Part shown: piece by piece, positions 1 to 8,394 of the stretch
How positions within the stretch are numbered: the stretch's first letter is position 1
How the letters are laid out: each line of letters begins with the position of its first letter
DNA from: an uncultured Gammaproteobacteria bacterium
GTDB lineage: Bacteria; Patescibacteriota; Patescibacteriia; UBA1558; GWA2-36-10
Direction: 5' to 3'
Length of the DNA: 64,000 nucleotides
Assembly: GCA_964424615.1 (NCBI GenBank)
Contig: CAYRIU010000033.1
Location: forward strand, 247-64,246
Notes under the pieces: model-generated
What the model saw: only the letters and a program-made list of their open reading frames with translations
Told to the model about the DNA's origin: nothing
Databases searched by the model: none
Translations under genes and position numbers: made by a program

Positions 1-138
1 GAAAACTGTGGAACTCGTAAGAGCTCTTTGGCTTTCGCAATTAAGTTTGTTGCACTTATGAAGCAGACGTTTTTTAGGAGTTCGTCGACTCCACTTGCCA
101 TTTATCAAAGAATTTAACGTCGAAGATAAAACATCCCC
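1..138 (-). ncRNA. ssrA: tmRNA (ssrA), 5' portion only; the rest lies beyond the window start
   Basis: Minus-strand read from 138 downward is GGGGAUGUUUUAUCUUCGACGUUAAAUUC..., matching the conserved tmRNA 5' end (GGGG-N~10-UUCGACG). It sits 5 nt downstream of the smpB stop, the common smpB-ssrA arrangement. Tag ORF and T-arm are outside the window, so unverified. Confidence 0.45.
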
Positions 139-143
139 ATAAA

Positions 144-593
144 TTAATAACTTTTCAGCTTTTGCTGAATACTACGGTTTATATCGCGCTTTTTGATGTC
201 AGCGCGCTTGTCAAATTTCTTTTTTCCCTTAACTAAGGCCAATTTTACCTTAATTAATCTTCGGCTAGTATACACGGAAATGGGTATTATTGTCAAGCCC
301 TTATTGTCGGTTTTATTGGCTAAACTCAGCACTTCTTTGCGGTGGAGTAGTAATTTACGGTCACGTATAGGATTATAGCTTTTGAGGCTTAGGCCAGCCT
401 TGCTATAAGGGGGGACAAAGAGCTTTTTGAGCCAAGCCTCGCCATGGCGTATAGAAATGAAAGAACCCTTGAAATCCACATGTTTATTCTTGAGAGATTT
501 GACTTCTTGACCAGTCAAAACCAAGCCAGCCTCGAATTCTTCGAGTATTTGGTAGTCACGGCTGACTGTTTTGTTGGTACCCAAAATTGACAT
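144..593 (-). CDS. smpB: SsrA-binding protein SmpB
   Basis: Translation MSILGTNKTVSRDYQILEEFEAGLVLTGQEVKSLKN... with a Lys-rich C-terminal tail is typical SmpB. Start chosen at the internal Met (593) rather than the longer ORF start at 671. Confidence 0.85.
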   Translation of the reverse strand: MSILGTNKTVSRDYQILEEFEAGLVLTGQEVKSLKNKHVDFKGSFISIRHGEAWLKKLFVPPYSKAGLSLKSYNPIRDRKLLLHRKEVLSLANKTDNKGLTIIPISVYTSRRLIKVKLALVKGKKKFDKRADIKKRDINRSIQQKLKSY

Positions 594-694
594 AATTGGC
601 AAACAATATACACTTATAGTTGACAATGAGTTATGGTCAACAGCTTGACTATAACACAATTTTCGGCTCATTTCAAAGAAGGGAGGTGCTTTTT

Positions 695-1015
695 ATGTCT
701 ACGGAAGAGAAACGGAAGCAAAACAGACGTCTGTGGCTAGCCTGGGCTTTGTGGGCTTTTTGGACTAGCGATGAGTGTCTGCAATTCTTGCGTTTGCTCA
801 ATCCCCAAGCCGGTTGGCAAGACCTGCGCTTGTCTTTTGACTTGTTTGGCAGATTGCCAGAACAATTGGCAGAAGACTTGTATGCTCGTCTGCATGGCAG
901 GGGAGCGACAGAAGCATGTCGACTGACAAACATATGGTATGATTTGTCTCGTGCCCTAGAAGAGCAGACGGTCTTGGATGATGAGTGGCGAGGGAGATTG
1001 AAGTTTTCTGCCTAG
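695..1015 (+). CDS. hypothetical protein, compositionally atypical (about 50% GC, Trp-rich N-terminus)
   Basis: Strong SD GGGAGGTG 7 nt upstream of the ATG at 695. GC well above flanking genes. No recognisable domain. First gene of a two-gene cassette closed by the terminator at 1336. Confidence 0.5.
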   Translation: MSTEEKRKQNRRLWLAWALWAFWTSDECLQFLRLLNPQAGWQDLRLSFDLFGRLPEQLAEDLYARLHGRGATEACRLTNIWYDLSRALEEQTVLDDEWRGRLKFSA

Positions 1016-1045
1016 AAAACATTGTCACACACTGGAGGTTTTTTT

Positions 1046-1306
1046 ATGAGCCTTAGTCGCCAAGAACTGGAAGCTGAACTGAAGACCTTGGTCGAATGCA
1101 ATCATTTGACCAATCTCTTGAAGGCAGATGCCCTGACATCCATGTCCGACAGCAATGTGCGTGCCTTGCTGATGCAGGTGCGTGCACATCGTGACATCGA
1201 GCTGTGCTTGGCTCGTGATGCCTTGAATCACGGCGAAGATGTGATCGATGACTTCACTGCCGAGGAGATGGCTGCCAACATCAGGGCTTGGGGTGGCATT
1301 AGTTGA
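1046..1306 (+). CDS. hypothetical protein, compositionally atypical (about 52% GC), helical/acidic
   Basis: SD CTGGAGGT upstream of the ATG at 1046. GC3-rich codons. Second gene of the cassette. No domain recognised. Confidence 0.5.
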   Translation: MSLSRQELEAELKTLVECNHLTNLLKADALTSMSDSNVRALLMQVRAHRDIELCLARDALNHGEDVIDDFTAEEMAANIRAWGGIS

Positions 1307-1335
1307 GTTGCATTCACAACAGCACATTCGCACTT

Positions 1336-1372
1336 AGAGCCCTGACGCTATGCTTCAGGGCTCTAATCTTTA
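1336..1372. terminator. intrinsic terminator hairpin between the convergent cassette and mfd
   Basis: Perfect inverted repeat AGAGCCCTGA-CGCTATGCTT-CAGGGCTCT followed by a T-rich run; flanked by an A-rich run on the other side, so plausibly bidirectional. Confidence 0.6.
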
Positions 1373-4321
1373 TAAGGTATCAATGACTGATTCCAAGTTT
1401 GTGAGTAAATTTTTAGTCAAATAATCAAATTCAATTTTTATTTGTAGATTTTGGTATAGCCAATGGGGATTTTTTTCTTGGAGTAAAGAAATATTTTTGA
1501 GATTTGGTTGTTTGATAAAATTGATTGTCAGCCAATGTTTTGTCTGACTTTTTTGATTGCTGATATTGATAATATCTTTGTTTTGGCAAAGTATTTTTAT
1601 TTTTTGTAAATGCCAGAGATTAGCAATATTTTTTTCAGCTGCTTGATGTATGTTGTTTTCAATTTTTTCTAAGCTCCGTTCTTGGCTAATTTTTTGGTAA
1701 AAAATTATTTTTTCAGCAATACTTTTTTTGAAGTCAGTTGGCAGACTAGTATCAATCGGTAATTTTATCTCTACATCGCGCCAGTATTTGACTGGCTGAC
1801 CTTTGATTTCGCGGATAGTTTCAGAGATGAGCTGTTGGTAGAGTCCGAGGCCTATGGTTTTTACTTTGCCAGATTGGGCTTGGCCCAAGATTTGTCCGAC
1901 GCCACGCAGCTCTAGATCTTTGTTGGCTACTTTGAAGCCTTCGCCCAAGTTACTAGCTTGCTTCAAGAAACCTAGTCTTTGGCTAGCTAGTTTTGGTAGT
2001 TTTTCTGAGCTATGCATGAAATAGGCGTAGGCTTGGCGGTCAGAGCGACCGATGCGTCCGCGTAGCTGATGTAGCTGTGATAGACCAAAGCGATTAGCTT
2101 TGTGGACTAGTAGGGTGTTGGCGCGTGGTATGTCTAGGCCATTGGCAATGATGGTCGAACACAATAAGACATCAATCTGTCCAGTATCAAAATCATGCAT
2201 GACTTGGGCTAATTTTTCGTCTTCCATTTGGCCATGAGCAATAGCTACTTTTATTTTTGGTAAGAGTTTGGTTAATTTTTTGTAAGCTAAATCAATAGTC
2301 TCTACTTGATTGTATAGGTAGTATACTTGACCTTGGCGAGCTAATTCTTGCTGTATAGCCTCCACTACAATTTGGTCATTTTCTTCGACTACTTTGGTGA
2401 TGATATTTTTGCGATCTTTGATTGGGTCATTGATCAGACTGATATCTTTGATCATAGATAGAGCCATGTTGAGAGTGCGGGGGATTGGTGTGGCAGTCAG
2501 TGTCAATAAATGTATATTAGCGCGATGTTTTTTGAGCTTTTCTTTGTCTTTGACACCAAAATTTTGCTCTTCGTCAATGATTAGTAGCTGTAATTTTGGA
2601 AAATTGATATCCCGTGATAGTAAGCGATGAGTGCCAATGATAATATCAGCTGTACCATCGCTGATGGCTGATAAATTTTTTTTTATTTCTTTTTCTTTTT
2701 GCCAACGAGTCATCAGCACTACTTTGACACCAGATTTTTCAAAACGACTGATAAAATTATCATAGTGTTGTTGAGCTAGAAGCGTAGTCGGACAGAGTAG
2801 GGCGACTTGGAAGCCATTGGCGACTACTCTGGCTGCTGCTCTCATTGCTACTTCAGTTTTGCCAAAGCCCACATCACCACAGACTAGGCGATCCGATGGA
2901 TATGGTCGACTGAGATCGTCCAAAGTTTCTGTGATAGCCTGGGCCTGAGAAGGAGTGAGAGTATAGGGAAAACTTTTAGCTATTTCTTCTTCTATTTTTT
3001 GTATTTTCAAAGCCGGACTTTTTTGTAATTTGCGGGTAGCCTCAACCAATAATAGCTGATTAGCTAGTTCCCAGGTTTGGTCTTTTATTTTTTTGAGGGT
3101 TTGGGGCCAGGTATTACCGACGGATAGCCTATGTATTTTTGGGTTAGCAGGACCTATGTATTTTTCTAGTTTGTCAGCTAGGTCCACTGGTACAAAGAGC
3201 GTGTCATTTTCAGCATAGGACAAGACAAAGTATTCGCGAGTCAGGCCGTCGACAGGCATCGTGGTCATTTCTTTGAGTAGAGCAATACCATGATCACGAT
3301 GGACTACCAAGTCACCGATAGTAAAGTCCGAACGAAATTCTTGGGCTACATAGTCAGTATTTTTGTCCTCAGCAAAAAACAAAGAATCATTGACTAGGAT
3401 TATTTGTTGTTTTTCAGCATAGATAGCTTGTGGCCAGCTCAAAGCTTGCTGCCAATCATAGAGCGAACACTGAATATTATTTTCTTTGATCAATTTTTGG
3501 GCTAGTGTTTTATTTTTAGTGAGCCAGATTATTTTTTCTCCTTTTTTCTGCTCTAAGAAGTAATAATAATTTTTTTGTTGACCTAATATATTATCAATTG
3601 ACTCAGTTTTGAAGTAATCTTTGCCCAAGGGGTCAAAAATAATTTGGTGGTTATTAATATTATTGTCTAGGGCAATATCTGTATCAGCTATCAGTAAAAC
3701 TTGCTCTGGCAAAGAAGTGATAAATTTTTCTTTGTGAAAGCTAGACTTTGGCCAAATATCCAGCTCATTTATTGGGTGTTCGGCATAGATTTGGTTGCTA
3801 GCAAAATAAACTATTTTTTCTATTTTATTTTCATCATAATTGAGACGAAATATTTTGTTGTCTTGGAAAATATCAACAATAGAGCCACGGATACTAAAAG
3901 TAAATTCTGTAAAAGCTTGGGAGTGTCGCTCAAAACCAATTTTTATCAAATCTTCAGTCAAAGTATGGAGATGATAGTATTCGTTGGTATGCAGAGTGAT
4001 TTTATTTTCATTGAGATCTGACCACTGTGGCGTCAGGCTATCGAGGTTGTTTTTGGTGGTCAAAACAATACTATCCTGAAGGCGATGGAGGGCGATGAGT
4101 GTTTCTAGGCTAGCATCGTCTGTATCTGGCCAAGCAATCACTTTTTTTTGATCAATATTTAATTCTTGAGACCAGAGTTTGAGTAAATCCAACCAAGTTT
4201 TTATTTCTTTATTATTTTCCAAAATACACAAAACCGCCCTATTTTCCTGAAAGAGGGGGGTGTGAAATAGAGCTAGACTAAGACTTGCACTATCTGCTGC
4301 TGTAGCAATGCGGACTTTCAC
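1370..4321 (-). CDS. mfd: transcription-repair coupling factor Mfd
   Basis: 983 aa. Superfamily-2 helicase motifs (GDVGFGKTEVAMRAA, DEEQNFGV, HGQM...) and TRCF-like C-terminus. About 150 aa shorter at the N-terminus than E. coli Mfd. Confidence 0.9.
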   Translation of the reverse strand: MKVRIATAADSASLSLALFHTPLFQENRAVLCILENNKEIKTWLDLLKLWSQELNIDQKKVIAWPDTDDASLETLIALHRLQDSIVLTTKNNLDSLTPQWSDLNENKITLHTNEYYHLHTLTEDLIKIGFERHSQAFTEFTFSIRGSIVDIFQDNKIFRLNYDENKIEKIVYFASNQIYAEHPINELDIWPKSSFHKEKFITSLPEQVLLIADTDIALDNNINNHQIIFDPLGKDYFKTESIDNILGQQKNYYYFLEQKKGEKIIWLTKNKTLAQKLIKENNIQCSLYDWQQALSWPQAIYAEKQQIILVNDSLFFAEDKNTDYVAQEFRSDFTIGDLVVHRDHGIALLKEMTTMPVDGLTREYFVLSYAENDTLFVPVDLADKLEKYIGPANPKIHRLSVGNTWPQTLKKIKDQTWELANQLLLVEATRKLQKSPALKIQKIEEEIAKSFPYTLTPSQAQAITETLDDLSRPYPSDRLVCGDVGFGKTEVAMRAAARVVANGFQVALLCPTTLLAQQHYDNFISRFEKSGVKVVLMTRWQKEKEIKKNLSAISDGTADIIIGTHRLLSRDINFPKLQLLIIDEEQNFGVKDKEKLKKHRANIHLLTLTATPIPRTLNMALSMIKDISLINDPIKDRKNIITKVVEENDQIVVEAIQQELARQGQVYYLYNQVETIDLAYKKLTKLLPKIKVAIAHGQMEDEKLAQVMHDFDTGQIDVLLCSTIIANGLDIPRANTLLVHKANRFGLSQLHQLRGRIGRSDRQAYAYFMHSSEKLPKLASQRLGFLKQASNLGEGFKVANKDLELRGVGQILGQAQSGKVKTIGLGLYQQLISETIREIKGQPVKYWRDVEIKLPIDTSLPTDFKKSIAEKIIFYQKISQERSLEKIENNIHQAAEKNIANLWHLQKIKILCQNKDIINISNQKSQTKHWLTINFIKQPNLKNISLLQEKNPHWLYQNLQIKIEFDYLTKNLLTNLESVIDTL

Positions 4322-4435
4322 TATATTTATATTATTTGTGCCCTATCATAACAAAAAAATTCTATTTTGACAACCTATAAATGCTAAAACTAGATGTTTG
4401 TTTGCGTTTATTAAGAGAAAATAGAGTTTAAGTAT

Positions 4436-4466
4436 AAAAAAGACTTATTTACTTAATAAGTCTTTC
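4436..4466 (-). terminator. intrinsic terminator downstream of the NYN-domain gene
   Basis: Hairpin AAGACTTATT-TACT-TAATAAGTCTT with T-run on the minus strand. Confidence 0.5.
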
Positions 4467-4473
4467 TAATAAG

Positions 4474-5025
4474 CTATTTTTCGTGAGGCGGGAAAAAATT
4501 CAATAGATCTTCTTTTCTTAATAACAGTAAGTCATCAGCCACTTTACTCAAGCCAAACGATTGATTGCTAGGAAAACCAATATATTTAACTTTCTTTTTG
4601 AAAGAATGCACTTCTTCAATAGCTGGCACTAAATCAGTATCAGAACTTATTAAAATAGCTTGGTCATATTCATTAAGACGAGCCATCCTTATCATCTCTA
4701 CAGCAATTCTGACATCCACGCCTTTTTCATGAAATGATTTGTCAGGATGTTTTATAATAGTGCCTAAAACAGTAGGGATATTATGCTGTTGCAAGCAAGC
4801 AATCAATCTTTGTTGGTCAGCATACATTGTTTCTGATTTTTTATCGCCAGCATGCCTTTTTATAGCGCCAATATAATATCTAACTCCAACCAACTCATTA
4901 TTTTGGCAGAGGAATTTTCCAAAAGCAGTATAGTCAAATTTTAATAAGCTAATTGACTTATCATTTATCAATTTTTTCCCGCCTCGATAGAAATTACTGC
5001 CGTCTATAAATACAAAACATCTCAT
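4474..5025 (-). CDS. NYN/LabA-like domain protein (predicted RNase fold)
   Basis: MRCFVFIDGSNFY...VRIAVEMIRMA...ILISSDTDLVPA pattern typical of NYN/LabA (PF01936-like). Start at the internal Met. Confidence 0.6.
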   Translation of the reverse strand: MRCFVFIDGSNFYRGGKKLINDKSISLLKFDYTAFGKFLCQNNELVGVRYYIGAIKRHAGDKKSETMYADQQRLIACLQQHNIPTVLGTIIKHPDKSFHEKGVDVRIAVEMIRMARLNEYDQAILISSDTDLVPAIEEVHSFKKKVKYIGFPSNQSFGLSKVADDLLLLRKEDLLNFFPPHEK

Positions 5026-5315
5026 ATTTTTTTCTCTAAAAAACTGCCATCCCAAGGATCTTGAGAGGGCAGTGAGATTAAGTACTTTCAATATATAGTA
5101 GGAGCCAATATTTGTCAAGAAATTGAGATATATCTTAATATTTCAGCAATTCATAGTTTTTATTCAGAGGATTAATAGAATAACATCTCGCCCCGCTACT
5201 AGTGAGTAGCGGGGTCAATATAAAGTAAATGTGTATATTTTGGCTAAAATAAGTCTAAAGATTATACATTTTACCTAATATTAGCCAAAATATATATTGT
5301 TACCCCCCCAAGACC

Positions 5316-5344
5316 TTGACAAATTTTGCCAAAAGGAGTATAAT
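5316..5344 (+). promoter_or_regulatory. sigma70-type promoter (TTGACA-17-TATAAT) driving the structured leader and GC-rich ORF
   Basis: Perfect consensus -35 TTGACA (5316-5321), 17-nt spacer, perfect -10 TATAAT (5339-5344). Confidence 0.65.
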
Positions 5345-5384
5345 TATATATTAATTAGATCATTTAAATATTACTTGCGAAACA

Positions 5385-5545
5385 ATGTAGTCATAGCCAA
5401 AAGTGACCGAAGGTCACCCTGAACTTGTTTCAGGGTCTAGTTTGAAGAGATTCTGAATCCGCCGGTTGGCGGATTAGAATGACGACGTAAGTCGGTTATT
5501 TCTGGCTATGACTACCAAACTGGTAGCCCGCTAGCAGTGTACGGC
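5385..5545 (+). promoter_or_regulatory. highly structured GC-rich 5' leader RNA (multi-hairpin junction closed by a 10-bp long-range helix); candidate riboswitch or cis-regulatory RNA
   Basis: GUCAUAGCCA (5390-5399) pairs with UGGCUAUGAC (5503-5512). Inside are hairpins GUGACC-GAAG-GGUCAC, CCCUGAA-CUUGU-UUCAGGG, AUUCUGAAUCCGCC-GGUU-GGCGGAUU-AGAAU and CGAC-GUAA-GUCG. A further GGCACAUGUGCC palindrome precedes the SD. Confidence 0.5.
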
Positions 5546-5571
5546 ACATGTGCCAAACAAGGAGTGAAGAC

Positions 5572-6147
5572 ATGTCTTCGTATTCCGAAGGTCAGACCCA
5601 TCAGCTGATGAATAGCTTGGAAGCTGTCGGCTACACCGCCGACGACATCACCAAGCTTGGTCAGTCCAAGCACCTGCCGCAGATCAAGGATGTGCTTTAC
5701 GGCCACGCTGTCATCAGTTACCACCAGCCCATCATCGACTGCGACGCCGCGCCCTTCCTGCCCAACGGCTGGAGTGTGGAGAAGCATACCAAGGGCGGTC
5801 AGTTCGAGTGGAACCCCACGCGGGTGAAGCTCTATCTGGCCAAGAGCCAGAAGCCCGGCAAGTTCGTCGAGGGCAACCAGCTCCGCAAGGAGCTGGAAGG
5901 ACAAAAGGTCCTGAACGCTAACGTTCTGGACGACCTGCTCGCCAACCCCACCTTCATCCCCGAGGAGTGGAAGGGCAAGGCGGTCTTCTTCTGGGGGACC
6001 ATCTACCGCAGCCGCGCTGGTCTCTTCGTGTGCTATCTCGGCTGGAACGACGGCAAGTGGGGCCGGGGCTGTAGTTGGCTCGGCGACAACTTCTACGATA
6101 ACGGTCCCGCCGCGGTTCTCGCAAGTATCCCCGCCTGCAACGTCTGA
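5572..6147 (+). CDS. hypothetical protein encoded by a high-GC (about 60%, GC3 >80%) foreign-looking gene
   Basis: SD AAGGAGTG before the ATG at 5572. Strong third-position G/C bias with aag/gac/ggc/ctg/atc codons. Protein composition is protein-like, whereas the opposite-strand ORFs are Arg/Pro/Ser junk. No known domain recognised. Confidence 0.6.
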   Translation: MSSYSEGQTHQLMNSLEAVGYTADDITKLGQSKHLPQIKDVLYGHAVISYHQPIIDCDAAPFLPNGWSVEKHTKGGQFEWNPTRVKLYLAKSQKPGKFVEGNQLRKELEGQKVLNANVLDDLLANPTFIPEEWKGKAVFFWGTIYRSRAGLFVCYLGWNDGKWGRGCSWLGDNFYDNGPAAVLASIPACNV

Positions 6148-6250
6148 GCGTAGTGATGGCGGGCAGGTAAGTCCTTTGGACTTTGTCCGCCAGCTGGCGG
6201 ATGGATCTCCTTAGATCTTTAGACCTTAGTCCTTGGGCTGCGTTTCTCTC

Positions 6251-6297
6251 AAGCTCCGTGTTCACCTCGTGTGGATGCGGAGCTTCTTCTTTTTTTA
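6251..6297 (+). terminator. intrinsic terminator of the GC-rich cassette
   Basis: AAGCTCCG...CGGAGCTT stem followed by CTTCTTTTTTT. Confidence 0.6.
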
Positions 6298-6434
6298 ATT
6301 TTATTTTTTTCTCTTAGGCTTAATTAGATATCTGATAATCTTGTTTTATCTAGGTTTAAAATCCTCTAAGTCTTCCCTTTTTTAAATAATTTGCTATAAT
6401 ATAGGCCTTATAATTAGTATAATTTAAAAATAAG

Positions 6435-7733
6435 ATGCAAAAGTTTAAATCACTTATCTTGTTTCTTTTGGAAATTGCTGTTTTATCGGCAGTTTTATTT
6501 TTTTTACGAGACAAGCTAGTACACAGTCACAATCATGAAATCAAAGAATATATGACTATGCTGGTAGACATTGCCTTTTTGGCTTTGTTTGCTTCTTTTG
6601 GTGGACGCTTGGCAAAGATGTTAAAGATTGCTCCAATGGCTGGCAAGATTATCATGGGTATAGTGGCTGGCCCGGCTTTGTTGGGGGTGATAGATCCCTA
6701 TGCTCATGGTGTGGAACTTGCGCGTTTAGCCGGTGTATTGTTTATTTTGTTTGAAGCTGGTTTGCATTTTGATATGGAGCTACTCAAGAAAAATTTTCTT
6801 ATTTCTACCATCATTGCTTTTGTCGGAGTTTTGATACCCTTGATTAGCTTTGCTTTACTAGGACATTATGTGATACATCTAGCTTGGGTACCAAGTATTT
6901 TCTTGGGTGGTATTTTTACTGCTACTTCCGTTGGTTTATCAGTCGAGGCTTTGAAACGGGCTGGTAAGCTAGAAACCAATATCGGTAATCAGATAGTGGG
7001 AGCAGCGGTGATTGATGATATCTTGGGCGTTATTGTTTTGACTGTGCTAGCCAAGCTATCATCTACTGAAGAAGTAGTCGGGGGCATCAACCCTTTTGTG
7101 TTGCTGGCTATCAGTGTTGTTGGTTTTGCTTTGGCTACATATTTCTTGTGGCAGTGGGGCGTAGCTCACAAGATTGCTACTTATCTTGGCAATAAGTATT
7201 CTGATAATAGCACAGGCATTTTTACTAGATTTTTCTTTGGTATGCTGATGCTTGGCGGATCATTGGCTGCGGTCATTGGTCTAGAGCCAGTTTTGGGAGC
7301 TTTTGGTATGGGTGTAGTCTTGTCCAAAGTTGATAATGAGATCAAGCATCACACTTGGGAAAAAATTGAAGGCTATATGCATATTTTTGTTGGTGGCTTT
7401 TTGGTCAGTATTGGTACTATGTTACCAAAATCAGCTGTCACGGATTACAGAGTGTGGCTCTGGGCCATCTTGTTTATGATCATAGGTTTTGGTGGCAAAT
7501 ATCTGACAAAATATTTGATAAAGGATAAGCATGAGGGTGTGTTGGTTGGCTTGGCTATGACTATTCGTGGTGAAGTGGGCTTGGTCTTCGTGGCCGTAGC
7601 TCTAGCTAACAAAGCCCTAGATGAGACCATGGCTTCGGCTGCACTACTCGCGGTTATTCTAGTTACAGTTGTTGGTGCTATTTTGTTTGAAAAAGCAGTC
7701 ATGAAAGAAAAACAACCAGCAGCAGTAGTTTAG
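6435..7733 (+). CDS. cation:proton antiporter (CPA2/Kef-type Na+/H+ exchanger family)
   Basis: 432 aa, about 12 TM segments; MAGKIIMGIVAGPALLGVI and later glycine-rich helices typical of CPA2 transporters. Confidence 0.7.
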   Translation: MQKFKSLILFLLEIAVLSAVLFFLRDKLVHSHNHEIKEYMTMLVDIAFLALFASFGGRLAKMLKIAPMAGKIIMGIVAGPALLGVIDPYAHGVELARLAGVLFILFEAGLHFDMELLKKNFLISTIIAFVGVLIPLISFALLGHYVIHLAWVPSIFLGGIFTATSVGLSVEALKRAGKLETNIGNQIVGAAVIDDILGVIVLTVLAKLSSTEEVVGGINPFVLLAISVVGFALATYFLWQWGVAHKIATYLGNKYSDNSTGIFTRFFFGMLMLGGSLAAVIGLEPVLGAFGMGVVLSKVDNEIKHHTWEKIEGYMHIFVGGFLVSIGTMLPKSAVTDYRVWLWAILFMIIGFGGKYLTKYLIKDKHEGVLVGLAMTIRGEVGLVFVAVALANKALDETMASAALLAVILVTVVGAILFEKAVMKEKQPAAVV

Positions 7734-7798
7734 TCTTTTCTTTTTCTTTTCTCACAAAATGTACTATAATTAAAGCCTAATCATTAATTTTATTCATT

Positions 7799-8008
7799 AT
7801 GATGTTTGGTTATTTTCTGATTATTTTAGGCATTTTTATCTTGCTCAAGGCTATGGGCATCATTGTTGCTAGCTTTTGGGGTTATTTTTGGGGCATTGCC
7901 TTGGTAGTCTTGGGTTTTAGCATGATCAACAAAAAAGGTGATCGTTGCTGCTGGGGTTGGTGTAGTCACAAAAAAGATCATCAACACAAAGACCAGAATC
8001 AGGCTTAA
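7799..8008 (+). CDS. small two-TM membrane protein with Cys/His-rich tail (hypothetical)
   Basis: 69-aa ORF; two hydrophobic helices then CCWGWCSHKKDHQHKD. Confidence 0.3.
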   Translation: MMFGYFLIILGIFILLKAMGIIVASFWGYFWGIALVVLGFSMINKKGDRCCWGWCSHKKDHQHKDQNQA

Positions 8009-8394
8009 TGCAACAAGTAAAAAGTGATAAAATTATTGAATTGGTCATAAACAAGTCCAAGTTTGTTGGCTTGGCTTGTTTTGTTTTTAGTCGCACGGAA
8101 ATTGAAAATAGATTAGCTTTGCTCAAAAAAGAATTTTCTGATGCTAGTCATATTGTCTATGCTTATCGGGTGATGGAAGATGGGTGTTTAAGAGAAAAAT
8201 TTTTTAATAGTCACGAGCCCAATGGCTCGGCTGGTAAACCGCTGCTTTATCTTTTGCAAAAAAAAGAATTGATGAATAGTATGCTAGTTGTAGTGCGATA
8301 CTTTGGTGGTAAAAAATTAGGCGTCGGTGGCTTGGTGCGAGCTTATACTCAGAGTGCCCAATTGGCTCTTGAAGATAATATAAAAGAAGCGTAA
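8008..8394 (+). CDS. IMPACT/YigZ family (UPF0029) N-terminal domain protein
   Basis: NKSKFVG...HIVYAYR...EPNGSAGKPLL...VVRYFGGKKLGVGGLVRAY matches the YigZ/IMPACT signature. Confidence 0.65.
   Translation: MQQVKSDKIIELVINKSKFVGLACFVFSRTEIENRLALLKKEFSDASHIVYAYRVMEDGCLREKFFNSHEPNGSAGKPLLYLLQKKELMNSMLVVVRYFGGKKLGVGGLVRAYTQSAQLALEDNIKEA

Noticed and set aside
673-1333. Minus-strand ORFs 673-933, 798-1028, 1025-1333 overlapping the GC-rich two-gene cassette
   Set aside because: Overlap each other in different frames, lack SDs, and are the antisense of ORFs with good SDs. Typical GC-rich antisense artefacts.
5512-6265. Long minus-strand ORFs (5512-5904, 5954-6265) overlapping the GC-rich cassette
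   Set aside because: Their translations are Arg/Pro/Ser-rich junk, typical of antisense frames in high-GC coding DNA. The plus-strand ORF shows the GC3 codon periodicity and has an SD.
5380-6300. Possibility that the whole GC-rich block is a large structured ncRNA (GOLLD/ROOL-like) rather than protein-coding
   Set aside because: The 5572-6147 frame has strong third-position G/C bias, balanced amino-acid composition and a proper SD. Only the upstream about 130 nt looks like structured RNA.
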